A stretch of DNA of 64,000 nt, taken from Podarcis cretensis (lineage: Eukaryota). Position 1 is the stretch's first letter, and each line of letters starts with the position of its first letter. The stretch lies in the NCBI GenBank assembly GCA_951804945.1, contig OX638160.1, positions 27,032,001 through 27,096,000 on the forward strand, given 5' to 3'. The notes under the pieces were generated by a model that saw only the letters and a list, made by a program, of their open reading frames with translations, did not search any database and was not told the origin of the DNA. Shown piece by piece: positions 47,336 to 60,492 of this stretch. The position numbers and the translations under genes were made by a program.

Positions 47336-47985
47336 GGTGCTTGCTTCCAAGTCAGTTTAGGAGATGGGAGCCTCAGGCCTTAGGGAGCACCCTGTCTACA
47401 GTCATACATTCCTTAGCGGTCCTGCATTGTTCCCTTGTTGAGTGCTTTTGTCAGGGTGCAATGGGAGGTTGATACCGTAATGCCTCTTGCTTCCCTGGAT
47501 GTGGACGACAGAGACGAGAGAGTGTGTGTGTGTGTAAAAACCAGCCTGTTAGAATTTTCATTCATTGCCTCTGACCACTACTGCCCCATTGGCTGCCTAG
47601 AAAGGAATGCAGCCTGCAGGCTGAAAAAGGGTTCCCCATCTCTGTTTTGAACCCGCCGTCCTCATTACTTATGGCTTTACTTTATTGTTAAAAAAACCAA
47701 GCTGGATAACTTAACAGGTCGATCATCTGAGAAAGTTTGCTCTGAAAAACTCCCACTTCAGTGTGCTGTCAGTCTGATAGGGAAGCGTCTGGGATCATTC
47801 AGCAGTGTCAGAAATGAAATGTAATAAATGGGGAAGGGCTGTAGGCAGGGGTGGATTTAGGGCTGTGCAAGTGGTGTGCATGCAGTCTGTGCACTGGGCT
47901 TTGGGAAGGAGGTGTGAGGCTCTGATAGAGTCCCAGAGCCTATGTAGTACTTTCCAAGCTTTGAGAAGGAGGTAGGAAGGTTTTA

Positions 47986-48293
47986 AAGGTAAAGGGACCC
48001 CTGACCATTAGGTCCAGTCGTGACCGATTCTGGGGTTGCGGCGCTCATCTCGCTTTATTGGCCGAGGGAGCCGGCGTACAGCTTCTGAGTCATGTGGCCA
48101 GCATGACCAAGCTGCTTCTGGCGAACCAGAGCAGCGCACAGAAACGCCGTTTACCTTCCCGCCAGAGCGATGCCTATTTATCTACTTGCACTTTGACGTG
48201 CTTTCGAACTGCTAGGTTGGCAGGAGCAGGGACCGAGTAACAGGAGCTCACCCCGTCGTGGTGAGGTTTAACCCACAGCGCCACCCGCGTCCC
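47986..48293 (-). mobile_element. Sauria SINE
   Basis: Antisense tail AAGGTAAAGG and head; 11-bp TSD GGAAGGTTTTA at 47975-47985 and 48298-48308. Confidence 0.9.
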
Positions 48294-49427
48294 CCACGGA
48301 AGGTTTTAGGACCCTATTAAGAGCCTCACACCTCCTTCCCCAAATCAGAGAGGTCTAGAGGAAATGGAAACTGGTGCTTTAGTTGTTTTTGTTTTTGATG
48401 CACTTTAAAAAAATAAGTTGGGGTAAACAAACAGAAAGGGTGTTTCTTGGTTTCAGGTGAGATGACTACTGATAGCTTTTGAGAAATCCCAGTCTATCAT
48501 TTTCTACATGCTCCTCCTACTTATATTTATATTAAAGTATTTACTTGCTGCCCACATCCATATTTCTGATGTCACTAAATAGTTCTGGGGTTTTGTTTTG
48601 TTTTTTTGGCTGCCCGCCTTCTTGCCTGAAATGAAACCCTAGTTACAGCTTCTTTAGGCATAGGCTAACATTTTCCTGTTAAATTGTTTCCACTTTGCCC
48701 TATTGGCAAATGCTGAACTTAAAAAAAGTATGTCTTGACAGTATAAATGGTTTGCTAGTCATTGCAAGCAGGTGTGACTTAGAAAAGGGGTGTAAAAGGA
48801 TGTCTGATAGAAATATGCAATAAGCGGCTGTTGGGATTACTTGGTGTGTATGTAATTCCTTCGAATTAAGGTAAAATATAAGCCAAACTCATATTACCTG
48901 ACAACTCTGAATGCTTCAAATATTACCTTGTTTGGAATGGCACAAGGACTTGAGACCCCTTTGTTGAAGCTACAAAGTTAGATTAGCCATAGCAAGGAAG
49001 GATTTATTATTATTATTTTTTGGTAGAGGGTGAATAATGCAGTTTGAGATAACAAACATGTAATATACAAAACTTCATCTGAGGCTTTTTGCAGATCTGG
49101 CACAAAACAGATAATTTGGATCCTATTTTTCTCTCTGTGTGTTTGGCAAGTTAGCTTTCACACATTCCCAATATCCCTTGCTGTTCTGCGGCTTGCTATC
49201 CACACTCTTGGGAGACCTTGAAAAGATTGTGTCTAGGCTGCATTTTTCTGTTTCTCCCCAATCACTTCTCCCTCCTCCAGTGATGTCCATTCAGAATGGC
49301 AGGGCAGGAGGGCCAACAGAGCAAAGCCAAGCCCAGTGACAGGCAGAGCTAACTATTTCTGATTTTGCTTCTGTCCTCTTCTCCAAAGGCAACACAGGGG
49401 CTAGGGAAGAGGAAGCTGACAGCCAGT

Positions 49428-49574
49428 CAGTGGCGTAGCGTGGGTTGTCAGCACCCGGGGCAAGGCAAGTAATTTGTGCCCCCTAACCCATGGATTTGCG
49501 CCCCCTAACCCTAACCCCCAGATGTTGCGCCCAGTGCGGCCGACCCCCCCTGCACCCCCCACGCTACGCCACTG
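49428..49574. mobile_element. Young hAT-type MITE, copy 2
   Basis: Same 17-bp TIR as copy 1; perfect 8-bp TSD CAGCCAGT at 49420-49427 and 49575-49582. Confidence 0.93.
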
Positions 49575-50160
49575 CAGCCAGTTTAGTCACCTGAACTGGT
49601 TGTTAGTAAGAAGGCAGGAAAGGGGGGGGGATGGTTGAGACTTGTGGGGCAATGCTCTTTTTGCTCTAATGGACTGGACACCACTGCCTCTGCCCAGCTC
49701 TGCCTTTTTCCCATTCTGGACATGTGTTCAAATATTTCTGAACCTGAGTACATATACATATACATATATTTTCTGGGAAGAGTGCAGGAGAAAATATTTA
49801 TCAACCTTATCCAGCTATTTACTATGTTTCACAATAGGCAAGAAGGAAAAGCTTGTGGATTTTTGGGGACAGTTTAGAGAGCAATATCAATTTTCTTTTT
49901 TGGTGTTTTGCTTTTAATGAGGTCTTGTGTAAAGCTGCTGCTGCTGCTGACAACACACACACATATAAAAGCCAAATGTAAGTGCAGTGGTTATAGTCTC
50001 CCAGGTAATCCCCCATATTTGCTTCGTGGTGTCCTTGAGCGAATAACTTCTCCAAACTGGGCACGAGGCAGTCAGTGGTATTGCATTTATTTGGTTCGGT
50101 GCTACCCAGAAACAACAAGTTCAGGGTTGTGCTTGGGTGAGGAGATAGCGGAGATAGTTT

Positions 50161-50400
50161 GGTCCCTGCTCCTGCCAACCTAGCAGTTCGAAAGCAACTC
50201 AAAATGCAAGTAGATAAATTGGTACTACTCCGACGGGAAGGTAAACGGCGTTTCTGTGCGCTGCTCTGATTCGCCAGAAGCGGCTTAGTCATGCTGGCCA
50301 CATGTACACCGGCTCCCTCGGCCAATAAAGCGAGATGAGCGCCGCAACCCCAGAATCGGTCACGACTGGACCTAATGGTCAGGGGTCCCTTTACCTTTAC
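50161..50400 (+). mobile_element. 5'-truncated Sauria SINE
   Basis: GGTCCCTGCTCCTGCCAACCTAGCAGTTCGAAAGC ... GGGGTCCCTTTACCTTTAC. Confidence 0.88.
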
Positions 50401-53400
50401 TTTTAACCCACTGGAATGGTAGACTGTTGACCCCACAAAATGTGCTCATGTCTGCAGGATTGACTGGATATGTACAATGGCTATATTTACTTATCAGATT
50501 TTCCACGGTAAGAGGAAATCCCGATTAGGCCCATATGTGGATATGAGCAATGCTAGTTTCAGGATAAACTCCTGCCTAGATTCCAATATCTTGTGTTAGA
50601 ATCCCTGATTTGTAGCAGTTCCTTAATTCTGAAGGGGGCGGGTTTGAGGCTATTTCTTGAATGTATTTGGTGCACCTATCCAGATGGATGATTTCGTTAC
50701 ACCTGTCCTTAAATTTGTTTTAGGTGCTTTATTGCTAAGCATTTGAGAACCAGAAACCCTTGTGGATCTGCTGCAAATCATCTAGCAATCTGCTAGTAGG
50801 TTCTGATCTACCTTCTGCTCACCCCTTTCTGCAGTTCTTAATCGCTTGATTGCATGAGCGCACTGGAAATAAAAGTAGTCTGTGACTCTTAAGTTGTGAC
50901 CACTGCATTGTGTTTAGGAGTGAGGTCCATTCATTAATTATAAGAAGTTGAGAAGAGCACAGACCTTGTAGGTCAGTGCTGTATCCTGTTTCCCACATTG
51001 GCCCGGCCAGAGATCCCCAAGAAGCCACAGGCAAGACCTAAAGGCAATCGCCCTTTCGGGCTGTAGCTGGTATTTATTGCCTTTAATCCTGGAAATGCCA
51101 TTTATCTGTCATGGCTAATAGCCATAGATAGGCCTGTTCTGCCTTTCTAAAGCCAGTGACCGATGGCTATTGCCCTATCTTGTTCCAGTGACTTCCATAA
51201 ACGAATTGTGCATTGCGCCTGTCTGTCACCTGAATATTATTCCTGATTCATTTTCATTGGTGGCTAGCCTACAGTTCCAATATTACTGGATAATGAAAGA
51301 AAAAAAATCTTTAAAAAAGCAACACTATTCCCTCCCTCCCTCCCTAGTTATCTTTTTTTCCTCAAGTAGAGATAGGCAGCCTGTGGCTTTTGAGGCATAA
51401 GTGGCCTTGGGGGTAATTTCTTGCATTCCTTTGCTTAGTTTGCAAAGGTGGAAAATATATTGTTAGCAGGGAGGATATAAAAATGGGATTAGGAATGGGA
51501 GACAAAGGCAGAAAAATGCAGAGAGAACAAAACTCGCTTTTGACTCTGGTTCTTACCCTCTACTAGTATGATCCCTCCATATTCTGAGGAAATGCAGCTC
51601 ATGAAAGGTTGCCCCAGGCACACTATAGACACCAATGCTGCACTCCTAATTCCTGGGAGTAAGGTTAGGATCTCACTTTTAAAGGCACCCAACCACATCA
51701 CTGGTTGTTTTCAGAAGTGACTCTTCTGAAAGCTTGAACATCACTTTCTTGGGCTCCTAACAAAACCCATGGAAGCTGTTTTAAGAGCATTCTGAGTAAC
51801 TGCCCTATGTAAATTCTAAACATTTCAGAGACCAAATAGAATTAATTGCAGACTTCACATTCTGCTTGCACTGGGAAATTTAAGCATTTTAGGATTTGAT
51901 CCAACTTTTGTGCCAGTTTGTGTCACAATCTATTTAAATATAAGCCTGTCTTCAAGGAATTCGGAGCAGCTTGCACATAGTTCTCAGGTACGTAGTTTCC
52001 ACCCAGCAATTTACAAGGCTAAACCTGCTTGGTTTCGTTAGCAGAATTGCATCACATGTTATTGGACTGGAACCCTTTGCTAAGTTTGCAGGGAGGTCAC
52101 ATTTTAAGGATGATGATATTTGGCATGGTCTTGCCTGGGGTTTGAGGGCTGATGTTCAAAATCACCCAGTGATTAAAAATGCCACTTCGCCGGGTGGGTA
52201 GTGAACCCATGGTAGGTAGTGCGATTGCCCCTTTTGCATGGTTGTGCTAGGATGGAGATGTGCGGTCGTGCTTAGTAGCATTAATGCAGAAGGATAGACA
52301 GCTGCTAGAGATAGACAACAGAAGATCTGTTATCCCCTTATGAACTTGCTAATATTTTTTAGATCTTCTTCAGAGGCCCTGGTCTGGCTGCTGCCTCCTT
52401 CAGAGTTTAGGTGGGTGGCAATTGGGTGCAGGGCTCTTCTGTGGTAGCTCTGTCTCTCCAGAGGTGTCTGCCTGGGGCTTGCTCCTCTGCATTTTAGGAG
52501 CTGGTTGAAGCCCATCTAACTGCATTGCTGTTGCTGCTGTTTTTTAATGCAGCTTTTTGGTTTTGTTTACTTCTCTTAAGACTGCGAGTTGTCCTGGGTG
52601 CATATGTGGAGAGGCAACATGTAAATGTTTTGAATAAATGCACCCTAAAGGCTTAAGTGTGTACATAAAAATATTTGTGTTTAAGGAACTTTTTATCTTT
52701 TGTTATGTGTGTGTGTGTGTTAAAGATCATGTATTTTGGTAGGAAGCTGGGGTGAGGGGTGAGCCAAGAGTGCAGGAGTTAGTTTAAAACTCAAGAATTT
52801 GGCTAGAAGTTTAATCAACAAGGTGGTAACAGCTATCTTGTAAAAGCTGAGCATTTTTCTTTTGTATGCTAGTAACTTTGTTTGCTACCATCTAATTCAG
52901 CTGCTGGAAGTTAGATGCTGAGCTACAGCTGTTCTCAATTTCTCTCCTGTTTCACTCCCGTTGTCTGGGTGTTTAAACATAATGTGATTTTCTCACTCCT
53001 TGGTGATAAGAGTCTCTAAGCTGCCTTTCTGTGGAAAAAGCTATAACGTATAGCTTGAACTGCAGAAAAAAGATGCATTTTGATGATTTTATTGTTAAAC
53101 TGTGAGCAGAATTGTCCATTTGGTCTAATGTTTTAGCTACCTAGCTGCAAGTGCTAGTTATCATACTACTACTAAAATTTGTCAATGTTAAGTTTGTAAA
53201 TAATCAGATGCCTTTTTAGCTATACTTTTGACATGTTTTTTTACTAGAAAATTAAAAGTTAGGGTGGGCCATCCTTTACCTGCTGAGATGGAAGGAGCAA
53301 AGCAATGCAATGTGGTCATGCATGCATGACCCCCCCCCCCGGTTGCACCTCATACCTGGGACCTGGAAATGAATCCTCCATATGTAGTCATCTTCTGTGG

Positions 53401-53577
53401 AATGTTCCTTCAGCCACAACATAATCTAGGGATCTTCATCTGACAGCAGATGCATCTGGTGGCTTTCCATTTACAGGGCACTACCACAGAAAAGGCCTGG
53501 TCGCCTGAAGTCCAACATTCTATAATGCCTCAAAGTCCTTGTCCCTGATATAAGTTAATGGATATATTCATATAGAT

Positions 53578-53713
53578 CAGGCATGGCCAAACTTGGCCCT
53601 CTAGCTGTTTTGGGACTACAATTCCCATCATCCCTGACCACTGGTCCTGTTAGCTAGGGATGATGGGAGCTGTAGTCCCCAAACAGCTGGAGGGCCAAGT
53701 TTGGCCATGCCTG
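53578..53713. mobile_element. 136-bp palindromic MITE
   Basis: CAGGCATGGCCAAACTTGGCCCTC...GAGGGCCAAGTTTGGCCATGCCTG; near-perfect hairpin with inner ACTACAATTCCCATCATCCCT arm; same family as the 43452 array. Confidence 0.88.
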
Positions 53714-54590
53714 AAGATGAAGGCAGGCTTTCACCTATCCATTAGGCAGCTACCCATTCTTCTTCCCTGTTATTAATTTTGAACCATTTATGAGTGGGCC
53801 ATAAATATGGGTTTAGCTTAGACTTCACCATCTTGGTGTCCTCCATATGTTTTGGGCTTCAGCTCTCATCAGCCCTAGGCCATCTCCTCTGCATTTTAGT
53901 TGCCCAACTCCACGTGGATAGAAAGAGATGGAGATAAGTTATGGGGAAGTGTGGCAATACATTAAGCAAGGTATGTTATTGTGTAATTGTTGATTTCGTA
54001 CAGATGGAATACATTATAAGTAAACAATGGATGGCAAGGTGTTCACAATAGGCTTATTGAACAGTCAACTTCTGGCATTTCACTTGCAAGCTCCCATAGG
54101 TGTGCTTAAATGAAAGCAGAAACGTGCAGATTCAAGTCCTGCTGAGCTAGAGGAGACAACTGAATGTTGTATTATAACTTATTAAAGGATTTTTTCTTCA
54201 TGCTTGCTATGCAGTTCTACTAACCTATGAACATTTTGATTTTTTTGATTAAAGTATTAAGCAAATAAATACTCAATAAATACAACAGGGGCAGGCAGCC
54301 CTTTTTTTGTCAAGGGCTCCGTTCCTTTGGAGGTAATCTGTTGTGAGGTGCAAACAGGCAGTGGCAGGGGCTGGAGACAAAAGTGGGCAGAACCTTCTCT
54401 TTCTTTCTGTCCTTCTTTCTTCTATTTCCTATTATTCCTTGCACCCTATGTGAAACAGGGCCTGTAGATCAGAGGTTGCCTACTTGTGAAATGCAGATAA
54501 ATATTTCCTCTAATTTCGCCCCGTCCCTGGCTCTTTGCTACTGATTGAAATACAGTGCAGATAACCAGTTTTCTTTTCTTTTTTTTGTAG

Positions 54591-54622
54591 CCTTGAAGAA
54601 AGATGACAATGGCTTTGATGAG
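54591..54622 (+). CDS. CDK14: CDK14 coding exon 2 (ALKKDDNGFDE); the gene continues beyond the window
   Basis: Long poly-T tract with tgtAG acceptor, GAG|GTAGGT donor, 32 nt, phase 1 to 0; matches human ALKKDDTTFDE. Confidence 0.94.
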
Positions 54623-54969
54623 GTAGGTGAAATATTTCAGGCTGTTCCATTTTACTACTAAAAGTTGTAGTCGTTTACTTCACTATCTTTTATTTCCCTT
54701 CTCTTCAGATGTAGTTTTTGACAAAAGACACTGAGATGAGTACTGGATTCCATACAGGATGGAGCTTATGTTTATATATTTTGCCTTCAAATGAGAAAAG
54801 CCTAGTCCAGCCTTTGCCAACCTGCGTGGCCTCCAGGTGTGTTGGATTGCTGCTCACATCAACTGCAGCCAGCTGATGAGAGCTTCAGTCCAAAGTACCT
54901 GTACCTAGGGCTTACCTGTTTGGCCAAGGTTGGCCTAGTGGTTCTTGTTGAAAATTAACATGAGAGAGA

Positions 54970-54972
<3 letters not shown>

Positions 54973-55006
<34 letters not shown>
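54973..55006. repeat. (AT)n microsatellite
   Basis: Dinucleotide run. Confidence 0.9.
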
Positions 55007-55008
<2 letters not shown>

Positions 55009-56180
55009 ATCTCCAATTTCTCCATGTTTATTTATTTACAACATTTTCATGCTACCTATCAACGAAGTCCTCGGGTGGTTTACAAATGTTATGAATTGGT
55101 AAAATACAGAACCACAATCAAATAACATCAGGACAAATGTAATTTATATGCCAAACCTTGCTATTCCACTGCTAAACTTCCCGAGGAGAGATCTTTCGGA
55201 GTTTACCTCACTTGCCAGTACAAGTTTGGATCACCAAAAGATAGTTGCATATGAGTAGAGTGCCCCAAGTATTACCTTTCGATGCATTTGTTTGGATCAT
55301 CTGTTCATATGCATGGTCTTGTATCCTCTTTTTATGAAAACGAGCAGGGATTCTTAATTTACAAATCTATATGTTTTGCTGTGAGTTCCATTTTTGTTAC
55401 ATTTACATCCTGCCTTTCCTCTGAGGCAACACACATGGTTCCTTCCCCTCCATTTTATACTCACAACAACCCTGTGAGGCAGAGAGGAGAGCGAGAGAGA
55501 GAGACTGGCACAAGACCAACCTGTGACCTTTGTAGCCAGGTAGGGATTTGAACCCAGATCTTTCCAGCTATAGCCAAACTCTCTAACCCCACTAAAGAGA
55601 GAGAATACTATTAACAGGGAAAGACTTATGTGGTGAACCGCCCTGAGATCTACGGGTTTAGAGTGGTATACCAATTTAATAATTTATTTATTTTTTAAAT
55701 GCCAACACATACCTCTGGTGTTTAAAAGCTTACACAGCTGCCCATATATGACCTGGCCAGGCTCAATATTCATTTACAAGGCCCTTAATAACATAGGTCC
55801 AGTCTTGGATGCATAAATAGTAACAACTAGAAGCCATGCATAAAATGCTGTGAGCCCAAGACTGTGCGACTCCCTCTCAACTGAGATCAGACAGGGGCAG
55901 TTCTTGATGAACTTGAGGTGCCATGACACAGGCTTTAAAAATATATATTATTCCAGCAGGCATAGTAAGGTTGCATTCGTGTGTGTGTGTTTTTATGATT
56001 ATTTTGCTATTTTATACTGTACGGTTTGCTTTATGTACACTGTTTAGAAATGCTAACTATTAAGTGGTATAGGAATGCCCTAATTACTTAATTAAATAGA
56101 AAACCAGAAGTCCAGTCCAAAAGGAACAGATGAAACTTGTGCTGGTTGGCAAGGAGAACTTTCAGTTGACTGGTACTGTT

Positions 56181-56536
56181 GGTAAAGGTAAAGGTACCCT
56201 GACCATTAGGTCTAGTCACGGACGACTCTGGGGTTGCGCGATCAACTCGCTCTATAGGCCGAGGGAGCCGGCATTTGTCCGCAGACAGCTTCCGGGTCAT
56301 GTGGCCAGCATGTCTAAGCCGCTTCTGGCGAACCAGAGCAGCGCACGGAAACTCCGTTTACCTTCCTGCCAGAGCAGTACCTATTTATCTACTTGCACTT
56401 GATATGCTTTCGAACTGCTAGGTAGGCAGGAGCTGGTACCGAACAATGGGAGCTCACCCCGTTGTAGGGATTCGAACCGTCGACCTTCTGATCGGCAAAC
56501 CCTAGGCTCTGTGGTTTAGACCACAGCGCCACCCGC
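56181..56536 (-). mobile_element. Sauria SINE
   Basis: Antisense (ACCTTT)n tail at 56181, antisense B-box GGGATTCGAACC, head CCACAGCGCCACCCGC. Confidence 0.9.
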
Positions 56537-57458
56537 AAATGCCTCTATTTTTCAGTTGATATTTCTCCTCCAGAAGAAAATGCACAGCAAGAATCAATAT
56601 GGTGAATCTGAAAACTTGACCTCCTCAAAAACCTGGTCCTACAGGGCGTTGAACCCTTTCACTTTTCCTAATGTTGTTCCTGATGAAATGGTTGGTGACT
56701 AGTGGATAATGGGTCCCAAGACTAGGTTTGCAGAACTGTAAGAATCGTTTTAGGCAAGGCAATCTTGACTGTCTGATTTAGGACTTTAAAATTTGAGCAT
56801 CTGAGCTTTGAGAGTGATGGAAAGCGAAAGTATGTGGGCATGGGTGATGTGAATGTGAAATACAAAGAAATGGAATATGGTACTCTGGAAATGAAACTTA
56901 CTCAAAGATTAGGAAGTCAGTGAGTCTCTTGCTCGCTGAGCTTGTGGGTCTGGACATGTAGCTTCCCAGAAAGCACCAGAAATGGTATCTGAGCACGTGC
57001 ACTATAATTGTTTTGTTAAAAGCTTAGCTCATAAATCCTACAAATAAGCTTGTATCATACTGTTCTTTTTTTATTGTATTAAAACACTTTTTCTCTCTCC
57101 CTCCACTGTGTTCTTTGTTTCCCCTCTTTCGAGGAGACTAGATAATTTCAAACAAAACTGAAAGGATGTTAGAATTACTTAAAATTTCACAATGCAGGAA
57201 GAAAATATTAAAACACTTCATCAACTTCTTGTCTCAGACGGAATCTTATATTTTGAAATAAACAAAAGGTTTCAGAATCTTTTTGTGATTTTATTTTTTA
57301 TTTTTAAGAATGCACTTGACACATTTAGTAGATGCTTTCTTAGGCATGCGTTGCCAAAGTCTGTAATGCTAATTGTGTAAACAAGAGCTTCTAAAAGCTC
57401 TGTTGCTCCTACAAGTGAAGTGGAAGATAATGAGAGGAAGGAAGCGCTTTAGGTGATA

Positions 57459-57815
57459 CAGTGGTGCCCCGCAAGACGAACGCCTCGCAAGATGGAAAAC
57501 CTGCTAGACGAAAGGGTTTTCCATTTTGGAGGCGCTTCGCAAAACGAATTTCCCTATGGGCTTGCTTCGCAAGACGAAAATGTCTTGTGAGTTCCTGCGG
57601 GGTTTTTTCCCCTTTTTTCCCTCTTTTCCTAAGCCCTAAGCCGCTTATCAGCTGATCCGCTGATAAGCCGCTTATCAGCTGATCCGCTAAAAGCCGCTAA
57701 ACCGCTAATAGCGCTAATCCGCTAAGCTGTCAATGGTCTTGCTTCGCAAAACGAAAAAACCGCTATACGAAGAGCCTCACGGAACGGATTAATTTCGTCT
57801 TGCGAGGCACCACTG
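57459..57815. mobile_element. Tc1/mariner (Tigger-like) MITE
   Basis: 22-bp TIR CAGTGGTGCCCCGCAAGACGAA / TTCGTCTTGCGAGGCACCACTG with one mismatch; TA flanks. Confidence 0.92.
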
Positions 57816-58065
57816 TATTTAACCAATTCAGTCTCCCATAGTTCTCTGTTTGGCCCTTGGCATTCTCCCCAGGTCACCCCGTCACTCACCCTCCTCTGCA
57901 TCCTCCTCCAAGTTCTTTTGCATGTCTGGAACGTGTTCTTGGACTGTGATTGGGCCTTTCTACTTGCCTGGATGTAGATATATGTGCAGGGGCAGGGATG
58001 TAGACATCTCTGGTCTCTGCATGGTTGGAATACAGCCTATTGTCCAAGGGTAAGTTGCCCACTAT

Positions 58066-58426
58066 GGGACGTGGGTGGCGCTGTGGGTTAAACTACAGAG
58101 CCTAGGACTTGTCAATCAGAAGGTCGGCAGTTCGAATCCCATGACAGGGTGAGGTCCTGTTTTTCAGTCCCTGCTCCTGCCAACCTAGCAGTTCAAAAGC
58201 ACGTCAAAGTGCAAGTAGATAAATAGGTACCACTCCAGTGGGAAGGTAAACGGCGTATCCGTGTGCTGCTCTGGTTCGCCAGAAGCGGCTTAGTCATGCT
58301 GGCCGCATGACCCAGAAGCTGTCTGTGGACAAACGCCGGCTCCCTCGGCCAATAAAGCGAGATGAGCGCCGCAACCCCAGAGTCGGTCACGACTGGACCT
58401 AATGGTCAGGGGTCCCTTTACCTTTT
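58066..58426 (+). mobile_element. Sauria SINE
   Basis: Full head GGGACGTGGGTGGCGCTG; 13-bp TSD TAAGTTGCCCACT (58051-58063) / TAAATTGCCCACT (58427-58439). Confidence 0.92.
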
Positions 58427-59843
58427 TAAATTGCCCACTCACTTCTGCACCTGGACCCACCTACCCTGGCATACTGCCCCTGACAGGTTGCCCTCAAGGG
58501 AATGTAGCCCTTGGATTGAAAAAAGGCTTTCCCATCTCTGACATCTGGTATTCATTTAATGATAGTAGTAATTTGCCCCCCCCAAAGTGCTTTTGAGTGT
58601 TCAAAGGGCTTCGCATGGATTATTTTAGCAATCCTAATAAAGTGTGAGGTGGGGTTGGCCTTGTGCCCATTTTGTGGAATTTTGAGGAAGACCGAGGCTG
58701 AAAGAAACAGTCACTTGGTCAAGGTCACCTAGTAAGTTCATTGTTAAGGTGAGATTTGAACTGGCTCTTGCTGCTCCATTCACTTCTTGCGCCATCATGG
58801 TATTCTGCCAGTGCGTTGGCGTCTGTTTTTGTATTTCAATGGTGTGGGTTCAGGGCATACGGGTTATGTAAGATTGGCAGCCCTGTGCCCTGTGGAAGCT
58901 GTGTAGGGTTGCTGGATCGTGCGGCAGATGATTTCAATCTGCATAGCTGTGGGTTGTCTGAGAAACTGCTTAAGATAAGTGCCAGCTCTTGATAGATTAT
59001 TTGGCTAAAATGGAGTGGACTGTGTGTAGAGCATAATTACTTCTCTGCTTTCTTGACATCTTCCTTTCTTGCTAATGGGTTGCATTGGAGTGGAATCTCA
59101 AACAGCTGCTTTGAATGGGGAATGCATTACAGGCTAAGGGAGGGCAAATTATGTCCCCGTCTTCCCTGCCACCCATCAACAATAAAGCAGGCAAGGCACT
59201 AAATTAAAAGTTTTTATCTGCCAGAAAATTCTGGGAACTGTCTTTTACTTATTCTGTTCCATCTCAGGTTTATTTTGCTTTGTTTTCAGAGTGGGGTCAG
59301 GCGAACCAGTCTCAGAGACTGGCTGACCTTTGTGATGGGGGGCGGCAGCGAAATAGCTGATCTCTTAACCTCTTCATTGGAAGGCAAGATGGGCAGCAAT
59401 GAACTTTTTTGCTGTTTCTTTGCTTTATATAGTAAGCTATTGATTTTTACACACAAACAATGCTTCATCGGTGAAAAGGAGGTCGTTCTTCTGCCCCTGT
59501 GCACCAGGATGCCGATGTAGAGATTGAGTGTGTGGGGAGGGAATCAGTGAAGTGCAAAGGGATCTGATATGAATAGGAAGCACAGATTTTAGTGCAGTGT
59601 GTAGGAAATATAAAAAAGAATGATAAATGGGCCTGCAGGGGGTGAGGGACAGTGTTAAAAACACAGAGGAAAGTTCTGAGCAATTCAGCTGTCTAGGTTC
59701 TCTGGAAGTGATATGTTTGGATTGTATAGAATTTGTCTTCCATGCATGCAAGTTTGCTATCTTGAGGGCAGGAGTGGACTTAGTACACATGGTCTGCAGG
59801 AAGTAGTAAGTGCATAGCTTACAGGTTCCTGCAGGGCTTTAAA

Positions 59844-59880
<37 letters not shown>
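59844..59880. repeat. (ATT)n microsatellite
   Basis: Trinucleotide run. Confidence 0.9.
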
Positions 59881-59881
<1 letters not shown>

Positions 59882-60251
59882 AAAAGGATTTCTGAACTGG
59901 TAACCGGCTTCTAATGGTAACAGATTATATCACACTTCCTGGAAATAATGTATTGACAGAATGTATTGGGAGGTGATGTGCACTTTGAAGTAGTTGGTAG
60001 AAAGACAAGTTCATAGAAGTAACTTATTTTACAGTCAGTTAAATGACTTGAAGTTACTGTAATGACTTATTACTTGATTCTGAGAGGCTAGGTAGTATAG
60101 AAGCTTGAAAAATAAATGTCCACTTGTGCCATGAAAATACCCGTTTACTTTAATGGATGCTCCATTTATGAATAGTTTTTAAACAACCAACCAATGGGTG
60201 GGGTTTCTATAGACACAGATAAATCAGACCCCACATACTGGGAATGGTATA

Positions 60252-60492
60252 CAGTTGTACCTTGGTTGACAAACGCCTTGCGACTCAAACGTCTTGGCTC
60301 CCGAACGCCACAAACCCGCAAGTGAGTGTTCCGATTTGCGAATGTTCTTTGTAACCCAAACATCTGACATGGCTTCCGATTGAGTGCAGGAGCTTCCTGC
60401 AGCCAGTCAGAAGCTGTGCTATGGTTTTCGAACATTTTGGAGGTCAAACGGACTTCTGGAACAGATTCCATTCGTCAACCAAGGTATGATTG
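60252..60492. mobile_element. Tc1/mariner (Tigger-like) MITE
   Basis: TIR CAGTTGTACCTTGGTTGAC / GTCAACCAAGGTATGATTG; TA flanks. Confidence 0.82.
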
